A DNA stretch of 21,564 nt from Tubiluchus corallicola. Taxonomy: Eukaryota > Animalia > Priapulida. The notes beneath the pieces were generated by a model, which ran no database searches, had not been told where the DNA came from, and was given only the letters and a program-made list of their open reading frames with translations. Below, in pieces: positions 1 through 10,179 of the stretch; the first letter of the stretch is position 1, and the number at the start of each line of letters is the position of its first letter. The stretch is taken from positions 1 to 21,564 of the forward strand of contig JAQGDQ010001902.1 in the NCBI GenBank assembly GCA_030141605.1, in the 5' to 3' direction. A program made the translations under genes and the position numbers.

Positions 1-365
1 CAACTATGCCCGTCACATTATATAGCACTGAAAAACGCTGTGCTAATCTTTGCTTTGCACAATACCACTGCAGTTCACTACGCCACCCTACTTTGTGCTA
101 CCTCTGCTCTGCTGTATATTAAGCTATATTACACCTCGCCAAACTACATCAATCTATACACACATCACGGTGAACCACAGAATACCATGCTACGTTAAAC
201 TGCACTGTCGGGCAGGGTACTGCAAATTACGGTGCACTGTATTGCACTCTACCATTCTACAGCTCTGTGCACTGTTAAACACAACCATACAACATCAAAC
301 TTCATTATACTACACTGCACTACACGATACTACACTACGCTGTGCTACACTAGATTACACTGCAC

Positions 366-470
366 TACACTACACTACACTACACTACACTACACTACAC
401 TACACTACACTACACTACACTACACTACACTACACTACACTACACTACACTACACTACACTACACTACAC
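366..470 (+). repeat. (TACAC)21 pentanucleotide microsatellite within degenerate pentamer sequence
   Basis: Direct reading; source of the HYTTL-repeat ORFs. Confidence 0.97.
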
Positions 471-1039
471 TATACTGTGCCATGCCTGTGCCACACCGCA
501 TACCTCACACCTCAACATTGCAAAAGGCTGCTCAGCGCCGCACCGCATTGAATTGTGCTTATTTTGCACTGTGTGTAATACTTTCAGTATAACTGTGCCT
601 CACCACTCGCGTTATGCCACACTGAATAATACGAAACCGCATGCATCTGACATTTGCCAGTATTGGATTTGTTGCTTCCTAATCCTCAGTTTCTCAGCTG
701 CGTTCCACTTGGATGAAGTACCTCCTGAAACAAGAGTGTGAAAATCCGCAGATCTAAATTTCATCTGCTGCTGTCACTACGAACAAGTCATTTTGCTCGT
801 TCAAGTATGTCTTAATTTGCGGCAAGACCGCCTCTTTTTAGTTGTACTAATCAGCAGAAAAATGTTTTAGTACCAAAATTAGTAGCGTGTGTTGGTCTTT
901 GTATTGGTGAGGCACAGTTATACTGAAAGTATTACACACAGTGCAAAATAAGCACAATTCAATGCGGTGCGGCGCTGAGCAGCCTTTTGCAATGTTGAGG
1001 TGTGAGGTATGCGGTGTGGCACAGGCATGGCACAGTATA

Positions 1040-1134
1040 GTGTAGTGTAGTGTAGTGTAGTGTAGTGTAGTGTAGTGTAGTGTAGTGTAGTGTAGTGTAG
1101 TGTAGTGTAGTGTAGTGTAGTGTAGTGTAGTGTA
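1040..1134 (-). repeat. (GTGTA)19 microsatellite, inverted partner of 366-470
   Basis: Direct reading. Confidence 0.97.
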
Positions 1135-1751
1135 GTGCAGTGTAATCTAGTGTAGCACAGCGTAGTGTAGTATCGTGTAGTGCAGTGTAGTATAATGAAG
1201 TTTGATGTGGTGTGGTTGTGTTTAACAGTGCACAGAGCTGTAGAATGGTGGAGTGCAATACAGTGCACCGTAATTTGCAGTACCCTGCCCGACAGTGCAG
1301 TTTAACGTAGCATGGTATTCTGTGGTTCACCGTGATGTGTGTATAGATTGATGTAGTTTGGCGAGGTGTAATATAGCTTAATATACAGCAGAGCAGAGGT
1401 AGCACAAAGTAGGGTGGCGTAGTGAACTGCAGTGGTATTGTGCAAAGCAAAGATTAGCACAGCGTTTTTCAGTGCTATATAATGTGACGGGCATAGTTGT
1501 AGTAGTGTAATGTGTAATGTATACAGAATGTGTGAAATGTGGTGTGGTGACCTACCATATAGCACAGTTCAATGAGTGCAGAGCAGTGAAGTAAAGAGGA
1601 ATGTATCAAAAACTATATTTCACGGTACACTGCAATGCAGTCTAGCACATGCTTCGCAAAGTCGTGGCATTGTGATGCAACTTCGTGATACTTTGTGGCA
1701 TGGTGCGATGAGGTGTATGCGATTGCAGCGAGTGGATTTTACAATGGCCAT

Positions 1752-2085
1752 TGAGGAAAGTTTTGAAGTGTGAAAATGTTGATACTTTATATTTTTCCGA
1801 ATTAATTATCAAGTTTCATCTGGATGCTTTAATAACTCTCAATGTAAACCAAACATTCAAGTTTATTACTGATGCATTTACAAAGTGTGTTGTGGATCTA
1901 TCCCAAATCAAACAGTTATGATTCGTCCAGGAAATAATCCTTGGATGAATCCGAACATAATAACACAAAAGCATCATTGTGGCAGGTTATATAATAAATC
2001 TAAGGAAAACTCCTAACACTCCACATTGGGATCAAAGTTGTAAGAAATGTCAGGTAAGGATGTGGAATTAATAGACACAGAATCA
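1752..2085 (+). mobile_element. Degenerate LINE ORF2 fragment (endonuclease-RT linker), truncated copy in unit 1
   Basis: Encodes SIPNQTVMIRPGNNPWMNPNI, resembling the IP...IRP..KPW linker of CR1/L2-like LINEs; paralogous to the copies in units 2 and 3. Confidence 0.65.
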
Positions 2086-2244
2086 TCTTTTTTTGGGATT
2101 TTCAAAATTTTGAATTTTGAATTTTTACACATTTTTTTAAATTTTCGCTAACACGGGACCCTATAGGAGAAAAAGTTTCAAACAACTTCTCCTTTGAAAT
2201 CGCCAAGTGGATTCACTCTAAACAAATCAGGGATCATCCTAAGA

Positions 2245-3100
2245 ACAGAATAAAACAGAAGTTTATTTTTTTACATGGATGTGGATCAAAATTGAATATA
2301 ATACAATATTTCCACGATGGTTCATGCATGATTAGCACTTTAAATAGATAATTTCAAATAAGTGAAATTAAACAAATAAAAATTACACATTAATAGCGTA
2401 CATTAAATTAAATGAACATCTTAATTAAAACCCCAAGCATCAACAATTAGGAATTTTAAATTGTTAATAAATTTCAGAAAATAAGTCTAAATAAGAGTTA
2501 TAAAGTTAAAATTCATAAAATTCATAAAGTATAATTGAAAACTGAAAAATTGAAAGATTAAAAAACAGTTAAAAATTATTTACTAAATATAACAGAACTA
2601 GATTAGGGGTAAAACAAAATTTCAGACTAAAAGTACTAAGAAGTAAAAGTAAAAGTACTGATAAAAATCATACACAATTAAGAAAAATTAAACGTTGAAA
2701 ATCATCATTGCTAAACAGTAATTAAGAACAAAACTACATAAAGTCAAACTTATGGTGATTAACGATTAAAATCAGAATGATAAAATCTAAATGAAAAAAT
2801 GAAACAGCAGATTAAAATATGATTTAATTTAAAATAGTATTAAGCAATGTTTTCTTTAACTGTTAAATGATTTCCAAAATTTTCGAGCTTTGCATTTTTT
2901 ATGATTTTTTCAATTTTTGCTATTTCTTCCCTTTGTTTAGTATTTGGGTCATCCGTCATAGCTGCATTTTATTATAATACAAAATGTATATGAAAGAGTT
3001 TAAGCCTATCAAAAAATTATTAATATGTTGCCAGGAAGTCATTCATTTGAAAATAATTTCTATTGCTCACTTTGATATTAAATAAATATATTTCCAAGTT
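2245..3100 (-). mobile_element. Possible decayed 3' end of a non-LTR retrotransposon with AT-rich 3' UTR (paralogues at ~6715-7600 and ~11498-12360)
   Basis: The minus strand has broken coding-like text (EEIAKIEKIIKNAKLENFG), then a long T-rich tract and AATAAA followed by a short TTCTG-type tail. Weak, by-eye resemblance only. Confidence 0.3.
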
Positions 3101-3478
3101 TTCTGAGACCAGGCCCAGGGCTTTATATAGTCTAGGGCCTCACCAACTCTAAATCAGGAACCAGACCTACAGTCACCTGCCTACATCATGTACTGTAGTC
3201 TGAGTAGCACTGTTAATAGAATTTAGCAATAATAATATTGTGATCTACAGTATACCATGTTCGTTAAGAAATGTCGTGTACAGCGTTCTGCTAAGGTAAC
3301 ACAAGCAATTTAGCATTTTCACTGAAACTAGCAGTTAAAATCGTAATGTGGTGAACGCTTTCACGTAAGACTTCTCGCTTGGGAGGCTGTTCCAGACAGG
3401 CGAGATAATTTCAGTACATTTCGTAAAAACTGTACCGGGAATTTGGTTCAAGTTACGCAATTACTGAGTCACACGATG

Positions 3479-3484
3479 TTTATT
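3479..3484 (-). promoter_or_regulatory. Candidate polyadenylation signal AATAAA for receptor copy 1 (also 7976-7981 and 12740-12745)
   Basis: Present about 255-270 nt past the stop codon in all three copies. Confidence 0.5.
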
Positions 3485-3751
3485 AAAAGGAAAAATGAAA
3501 GGAAAATCCGGTCCACAAGATCTGTTTAAGATACGCAAGAATTCGAGTTATACCAGTTCAAGTTATACATAGTTTACCGCATCAGATAAACAACTGACTT
3601 TTACAATGAGATATCTCATCTACTCGCATATGAAACACACTCCAGTCAATTTCATCCTTTAGTTTGAATTTAGCATATTCACTTTTAGCTGATAAATGAT
3701 TATCATGTACAAATCCGTCAGTAATGAGGTCAGCACATAAACTATTGATTT

Positions 3752-5134
3752 TCACATAAACTTCTTGTAAGCAAGCTCGCTAATAAATGTAAACAATGCT
3801 ACACCGATTCCAGACATCAACACCCAAAAAACTACGTTAAGTTGCTCAACATTAATTGATAACTTGCCTACATGCTGAATAGGGGGGTCTAAACATTTTT
3901 CCGATGGTTGCAGTAATAATTGTAGCAGTTTGTCCACAAGACCATGTTCCTTTAATGTAGCAAGAGCAAAATTTAGGGCTTCTGTATAGTTACTTTTCTT
4001 TCGTACAACTAATGCTAATGCTGTCGAAAAACTTAAAGACAAAGCGATGGAAAATCTGCATTTTCCGTGTAATTCATAGTCCTTTACTAAGCGGAGCTTT
4101 GCATAAGTCCATCCTGCAAAGAAGGTGTATTTTCCAGTAGCTGTCAGCTCTAATGCCATTTCTGCACTGTCGACAGGTACATTAGGATCTACTTTCATTC
4201 TCTGCCACAGTTGTCTAAATTCTGGTCTGTTGTTCATTTGCAAGGTCTGGCTGTACTGACGTACTGTAACAGGAACTATATCGCTGTCTATCAACTCTTG
4301 CAACGTAGAGAATGGATAAACTTGCTTGCTTACAAATAATTTACTAACCAGTGTGCCCGCGTACATGGCTGTGATGATGCAAGCAAAAATCCACCACCAT
4401 CCGATAAGCATCCTAGCGGATAAACATTGTGGTAAATATGTTCCACCTTGTTGGAGGTATGACGACAGTGTGAACCGAGTAAAGTACACCTTGTTTTCAT
4501 TCTTTATCACTGGTTTTTCCAGTTTTCTTTGGCAGTTGTTGCATTTCGTAATCTCTTCCTTGTTGTACGGCAGGTTTTTGCTGTAGTCAATATAGTAAAG
4601 TATTGTACCCACTACTATGCCATATAATACCAGAAGCAGCCACACGAGTGTGGTGAATGGGTCTATTATACTAAAACCTTGTAATTGATGTCTTTTTGTG
4701 ATAAATACATGAGAACTATAAACAAATGGGTGAAGAAACGTCATACTTTTTGCTCTTTCTGGTAACATGGTGACTAATCCCAAAACCAAGTCGAATTCTC
4801 CTGTATCAATTGTATATCTTAGAGTTTGCAAATGTTTGATGTATGTCACCTTATACGTGAAGTTTGCTGCTTGGCTGAGCATCGGAAGCAGCTGATCTAG
4901 ATATGGCTTCGTCGGATCGTCTCTCCATGCTCCCACTCGAAGCATCTCTCCATGGAGTAAATGACCCTGTGTTCTGGAGTTTTTACCATAAAAGGCATTT
5001 AAATGGTACTGGTTATACAAACTGTTGCAATTTTCAGTCCTTGTTTTAGTTTCAGACAACATTCCTTTGATGCAAAAACATTCAAGAAAATAAAAAACGA
5101 CGGCACAAGTTTTGAGAAATGATGCAAATGACAT
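3752..5134 (-). CDS. Intronless ATD-less ionotropic glutamate receptor family protein (variant IR-like), copy 1, 460 aa
   Basis: Signal-peptide-like N-terminus. S1: DLVLGLVTMLPER..MTFLHPF with the conserved Arg. M1: DPFTTLVW. Pore: LQQG. M3: SARMLIGWWWIF..MYAGTLVSKL. S2: PFSTLQEL..KCRF..LKEHGLVDKL..C. M4: VFWVLMSGIGVALFTFISEL. Start context AAAAATGT. Confidence 0.95.
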   Translation of the reverse strand: MSFASFLKTCAVVFYFLECFCIKGMLSETKTRTENCNSLYNQYHLNAFYGKNSRTQGHLLHGEMLRVGAWRDDPTKPYLDQLLPMLSQAANFTYKVTYIKHLQTLRYTIDTGEFDLVLGLVTMLPERAKSMTFLHPFVYSSHVFITKRHQLQGFSIIDPFTTLVWLLLVLYGIVVGTILYYIDYSKNLPYNKEEITKCNNCQRKLEKPVIKNENKVYFTRFTLSSYLQQGGTYLPQCLSARMLIGWWWIFACIITAMYAGTLVSKLFVSKQVYPFSTLQELIDSDIVPVTVRQYSQTLQMNNRPEFRQLWQRMKVDPNVPVDSAEMALELTATGKYTFFAGWTYAKLRLVKDYELHGKCRFSIALSLSFSTALALVVRKKSNYTEALNFALATLKEHGLVDKLLQLLLQPSEKCLDPPIQHVGKLSINVEQLNVVFWVLMSGIGVALFTFISELAYKKFM

Positions 5135-5237
5135 TTTTGATTTGGAAGTCTGAATAATAAACTTAGCTGATTCACATTATACAATCATAATATGCCTATC
5201 CAAGGAGGATGACGATGAAAATGTTTTCAGCTGACCA

Positions 5238-5245
5238 CTTTTATA
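5238..5245 (-). promoter_or_regulatory. TATA box (TATAAAAG) of receptor copy 1
   Basis: Consensus TATA about 105 nt upstream of the ATG, identical in all three units. Confidence 0.7.
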
Positions 5246-5688
5246 CCACAATGCCAACGTGTTACATGTACTTTGTCATATATTTGTATTAATCATAATA
5301 GTGTGTGCACTAATTCACCAAGTGTGAATCTACATGTTAGTTTTGGCTGCCACACCTTTCTGGTGTTTGATTAGGCTTCTCCTGTTGCCACCTGTGTTAA
5401 TATTACCACCTGGCTAATGTTACCTCAACACCTAAAATAATAACACATTGAAAAGCAGAATTCTGCAGAACTTACACTTTCGAAAACGTTATTGGCTATG
5501 CATTTGTTTGCTAGGTATCAAAAGATTAAGCTTTTGTATGCGGCACCGGAGCTAGCGGATGCGGAAACCACACAAGAGCAAACGTACTATACTTAACAAG
5601 ACTGCGAGGTGCAAACTGTAAATTAAAAACGAAACGTAACACGTAATTAGAGTCTCCTATGTTGATCAAGTCCAGCTTGAGATTGAAG

Positions 5689-5909
5689 GATAGATTAGAT
5701 TAGATTAGATTAGATTGGATTGGATTGAATTGGATTGGATTGGATTTGGATTGGATTGGATTGGATTGGATTAGATTAGATGAGATGAGATGAGATGAGA
5801 TGAGATGAGATGAGATGAGATGAGATGAGATGAGATGAGATGAGATGAGATGAGATGAGATTCGATTCGATTCGATTCGATTCGATTCGATTCGATTAGA
5901 TTAGATTAG
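5689..5909 (+). repeat. Compound pentamer microsatellite (GATTA)/(GATTG)/(GATGA)/(GATTC)
   Basis: Direct reading. Confidence 0.95.
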
Positions 5910-5959
5910 AAAGAACGAAAATGCAAAAGTATAGAACGAAGAAAAATAAAATAGAATAG

Positions 5960-6560
5960 ATCAAAATGAAATAGGGGAGGAAACGATGGCGAAAGAGAAG
6001 TGCTGAATCAGATTTTGCATCATTTACGTAATTAAAGTCTGCATCAGTTAATAAACAAAACCACTCACATTTCACCTGAGTCAAAATCATGTTTAGATCT
6101 TATCATTACAAATACTCCAAACTGGTTTACTGGGACGTTTGTACAGACAGCGACTGCTGATGCATGCAGACACTGTCCTATATTGAGCCATAAGAAATTT
6201 ATATATGTATTAAGTAAAAAGGTAAGTGAGAAAAGTTTAGAAGTATGAAAATGTTGATACTTTATATTTTTTCAAATCAATTATCAAGTTTCATCTGGGT
6301 GATTTAATAACTCTCAATGTAAACCAAACATGCAAGTTAACTAGAGATGCATTTACAAACTGTGTTGTGGATCTATCCCAAATCAGACAGTAATGGTTCA
6401 TCCTGGATACGATCCTTGGATGAATCCCAACATAAGAACACAAAAGCTTCGTCGCAACAGGTAATATAATAAATCTAAGGAAAACTCCTAACACTCCACA
6501 TTGGGATCCAAGTTGTAAGAAATGTCAGGCCAGGATGTGGAATTAACAGACACAGAATCA
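5960..6560 (+). mobile_element. Degenerate LINE ORF2 fragment (C-terminal AP-endonuclease plus linker), unit 2
   Basis: From ~6036 it translates SLHQLINKTTHISPESKSCLDLIITNTPNWF...ACRHCPI, matching the QLI..PT....S.LDL..TN...SDH endonuclease motifs. It is followed by frameshifts and the IP...PW linker. Confidence 0.8.
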
Positions 6561-8237
6561 TCTTTTTTTGGGATTTTCAAAATTTTGAATTTTGAATTTT
6601 TATACATTTTTTAAATTTTCGCTAACACCCTATAGGAGAAAAAGTTTCAAACAACTTCTCCTTTGAAATCGCCAAGTGGATTCACACTAAACAAATCAGG
6701 GATCATCCTAAGGTCAGAATAAAACAGAAGTTTATTTTTTTACATGGATGTGGATCAAAATTGAATATAATACAATATTTCCACGATGGTTCATGCATGA
6801 TTAGCACTTTAAATAGATAATTTCAAATAAGTGAAATTAAACAAATAAAAATCACACATTAATAGCATACATTAAATTAAATGAACATTTTATTTAAAAC
6901 CTTAAGCATCAGCAATTAGGAATTTTAAATTGTTAATAAAGTTCAGAAAATAACTCTAATAAGAGTCATAAAGTTCATTAAAATTCATAAAATTCATAAA
7001 GTATAATTGAAAACTGAAAAATTGAAAGATTAAAAAACAGTTAAAAATTATTTACTAAATATAACAGAACTAGATTAGGGGTAAAACAACATTTTAGCCT
7101 AAAAGTACTAAGAAGTAAAAGTAATTGTACTGATAAAAGTCACACACAATTAAGAAAAATTAAATGTTTAAAATCATCATTGCTAAAAAGGTAATTAAGA
7201 ACAAAACTACATAAAGTCAAACTTATGGTGATTAACGATTAAAATCAGAATGATAAAATCTAAATGTTGCTAAGATTACAAAAATGAAACAGCAGATTAA
7301 TATATAATTTAATTTAAAAAAGTATTAAACAATGCTTTCTTTAACTGCTAAATGATTTCCAAAATTTTCGAGATTTGCATTTTTTATGATTTTTTCAATT
7401 TTTGCTATTTCTTCCCTTTGTTTAGTATTTGGGTCATCCGTCATAGCTGCATTTTATTATAATACAAAATGTATATGAAAGAGTTTAAGCCTATCAAAAA
7501 ATTATTAATATGTTGCCAGGAAGTCATTCATTTGAAAATAATTTCTATTGCTCACTTTGATATTAAATAATTAAGAGGCGTATATATTTCCAAGTTTTCT
7601 GAGACCAGGCCCAGGGCTTTATATAGTCTAGGGCCTCACCAACTCTAAATCAGGAACCAGACCTACAGTCACCTGCCTACATCATGTACTGTAGTCTGAG
7701 TAGCACTGTTAATAGAATTTAGCAATAATAATATTGTGATCTACAGTATACCATGTTCGTTAAGAAATGTCGTGTACAGCGTTCTGCTAAGGTAACACAA
7801 GCAATTTCGCATTTTCACTGAAACTAGCAGTTAAAATCGTAATGTGGTGAACGCTTTCACGTAAGACTTCTCGCTTGGGAGGCTGTTCCAGACAGACGAG
7901 GTAACTTCAGTAAGATTCTTAAAAACTGTGCTAGGAATTTGGTTCAAGTTACGCGATAATCTGAGTTACACGATGTTTATTAAAAGGAAAAATCTGTTCC
8001 ACAAGATCTGTTTAAGATATGCAAGAATTCAAGTTATACCAGTTCAAGTTATACATAGTTTACCGTATCAGATAAACAACTGACTTTTACAATGAGATAT
8101 CTCATCTACTCGCATATGAAACACACTCCAGTCAATTTCATCATTTAGTTTGAATTTAGCATATCCACTTTTAGCTGATAAATGATTATCATGTACAAAT
8201 CCGTCAGTAATGAGGTCAGCACATAAACTATTGATTT

Positions 8238-9620
8238 TCACTTGAACTTCTTGTAAGCAAGCTCGCTAATAAATGTAAACAATGCTACACCGATTCCAGA
8301 CATCAACACCCAAAAAACTACGTTAAGTTGCTCAACATTAATTGATAACTTGCCTACATGCTGAATAGGGGGGTCTAAACATTTTTCCGATGGTTGCAGT
8401 AATAAGTGTAGCAGTTTGTCCACAAGACCATGTTCCTTTAATGTAGAAAGAGCAAAATTTAGGGCTTCTGAATAGTTACTTTTCTTTGGTACAGCTAATG
8501 CTAATGGTGACAAAAAACTTAAAGACGAAGCGATGGAAAATCTGCATTTTCCGTGTAATTCATAGTCCTTAATTAAGCGGAGCTTTGCATAGGTCCCTTC
8601 TGCAAAGAATGTGTATTTTCCAGTAGATGTCAGCTCTAATGCCATTTCTGCACTGTCGACAGGTACATTAGGATCCACTTTCATTCTCTGCCACAGTTGT
8701 CTAAATTCTGGTCTGTTTTTCATTTGCAAGGTGGGGCTGTAGTGACCTACTGTAACGGGAATTATGTCGCTGTCTATCAACTCTTGCAATGTAGAGAATG
8801 GATAAACTTGCTTGCTTACTAATAATTTACTAACCAGTGTGCCCGTGTACATGGCCGTGATGATGCAAGCAAAAATCCACCACCATCCGATAAGCATCCT
8901 AGCACATAAACATTTTGGTAAATATGTTCCACCTTGTTGTAGGTATGACGACAGTGTGAACCGAGTAAAGTACGCCTTACTTTCATTCTTTTTCACTGGT
9001 TTTTCCAGTTTTCTTTGACAATTGCTACATTTAGTAATCTCTTCCTCGTTGTACGGCAGGTTTTTGCTGTAGTCAATATAGTAAAGTATTGTACCCACTA
9101 CTATGCCATATAATACCAGAAGCAGCCACACGAGTGTGGCGAATGGGTCTATTATATTAAAACCTTGTAATCGATGTCTTTTTGTGATAAATACATGAGA
9201 ATTATAAGCAAGTGGGTGAAGAAACGTCATACTTTTTGCTCTTTCTGGTAACATTGTGACTAATCCCAATAACAAGTCGAATTCTCCTGTATCAATTGTA
9301 TTTTTGGCAGTTTCCAAATGTTTGATGTATGTGACCTTGTACGTGAAGTTTGCTGCTTGGCTGAGCACCAGAAGCAGTTGATCTAGATATGGCTTCATAG
9401 GATCATCTCTCCATGTTCCCACTCGAAGCAACTCTCCGTGGAGTGAATAACCCTGTGTTCTGAAGTTTTTACTATAAAACGCATTTAAATTGTACTGGTT
9501 ATACAAGCTGTTACAATTTTCAGTCCTGATTTTAGTCTTACACGACATTCCTGCGGTCCAAAAACATTCAAGGAAATAACAAACGACGGCACAAGTTTTG
9601 AGAAATGATGCAAACGACAT
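8238..9620 (-). CDS. Variant IR-like ionotropic receptor, copy 2, 460 aa
   Basis: Same motifs as copy 1. I use the ATG at 9620 rather than the track's GTG at 9662, which gives the same 1383-nt ORF as copy 1. Confidence 0.95.
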   Translation of the reverse strand: MSFASFLKTCAVVCYFLECFWTAGMSCKTKIRTENCNSLYNQYNLNAFYSKNFRTQGYSLHGELLRVGTWRDDPMKPYLDQLLLVLSQAANFTYKVTYIKHLETAKNTIDTGEFDLLLGLVTMLPERAKSMTFLHPLAYNSHVFITKRHRLQGFNIIDPFATLVWLLLVLYGIVVGTILYYIDYSKNLPYNEEEITKCSNCQRKLEKPVKKNESKAYFTRFTLSSYLQQGGTYLPKCLCARMLIGWWWIFACIITAMYTGTLVSKLLVSKQVYPFSTLQELIDSDIIPVTVGHYSPTLQMKNRPEFRQLWQRMKVDPNVPVDSAEMALELTSTGKYTFFAEGTYAKLRLIKDYELHGKCRFSIASSLSFLSPLALAVPKKSNYSEALNFALSTLKEHGLVDKLLHLLLQPSEKCLDPPIQHVGKLSINVEQLNVVFWVLMSGIGVALFTFISELAYKKFK

Positions 9621-9724
9621 TTTTGCTCTGGAAGTTTGAATAATAAACTTTAGCTGATTCACATTATACAGTCATAATATGCCTATCCCGGGAGGATGAC
9701 GATGAAAATGTTTTCAGCTGACCA

Positions 9725-9732
9725 CTTTTATA
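9725..9732 (-). promoter_or_regulatory. TATA box of receptor copy 2
   Basis: TATAAAAG at the equivalent position. Confidence 0.7.
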
Positions 9733-10179
9733 CCACAATGCCAATGTGTTACATGTACTTTGTCATATATTTGCATTAATCATAATAGTGTGAGCACTAA
9801 TTCACCAGGTGTGAATCTACATGTTAGTTTTGTCTGCCACACCTTTCTGGTGTTTAATTAGGCTTCTCATCCTGTTGCCACCTCTGTTAATATTACCGCC
9901 TAGCTAATGTTACCTCAACACCTAAAATAATAACACATTGAAAAGCAGAATTCTGCAGAACTTACACTTTCGAAAACGTTATTGGCTATGCATTTGTTTG
10001 CTAGGTATCAAAAGATTAAGCTTTTGTATGCGGCACCGGAGCTAGCGGATGCGGAAACCACACAAGAGCAAACCTACTATACTTAACCCAGACCGCGAGG
10101 TGCAAACTGTAAATTAAAAACGAAAAGCAACACGTAATTAGAGTCTCCTATGTTGATCAAGTCCAGCTTGAGATTGAAG

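Larger units (their letters stand above)
1..1499. repeat. Long inverted repeat (arms 1-605 and 905-1499, 299-bp spacer); left arm probably extends beyond the window
   Basis: 905-1499 is the reverse complement of 1-605. By eye I see about 3 substitutions and a (TACAC)n copy difference of 21 vs 19 units. Confidence 0.95.

Noticed and set aside
606-904. Spacer of the inverted repeat as the missing upstream cyclase exon
   Set aside because: No cyclase motif (such as RIGIH) in the frames I read; origin unidentified.
50-1450. HYTTL-repeat ORFs on both strands
   Set aside because: Translations of a stop-free (TACAC)n microsatellite; no ATG context or domain evidence.
3285-3300. RFX X-box-like GTTACCTTAGCAGAAC downstream of each receptor
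   Set aside because: Imperfect match, and its recurrence is explained by the duplication itself.
4326-4586. Antisense ORFs inside the receptor genes (also 8812-9018 and 13602-13835)
   Set aside because: Shadow frames with inconsistent ends among the copies.
5515-5596. YQKIKLLYAAPELADAE, resembling the kinase-homology LW.APE motif of receptor GCs (also ~10005-10086)
   Set aside because: The match is short and ends in a stop, with no donor shared by both copies. The AG comes from the duplication junction, and the intervening cyclase exons are absent. Probably coincidence.
9621-9662. 14-aa N-terminal extension from a GTG start in copies 2 and 3
   Set aside because: Non-ATG start, frameshifted in copy 1; the downstream ATG has good context and precedes the signal peptide.
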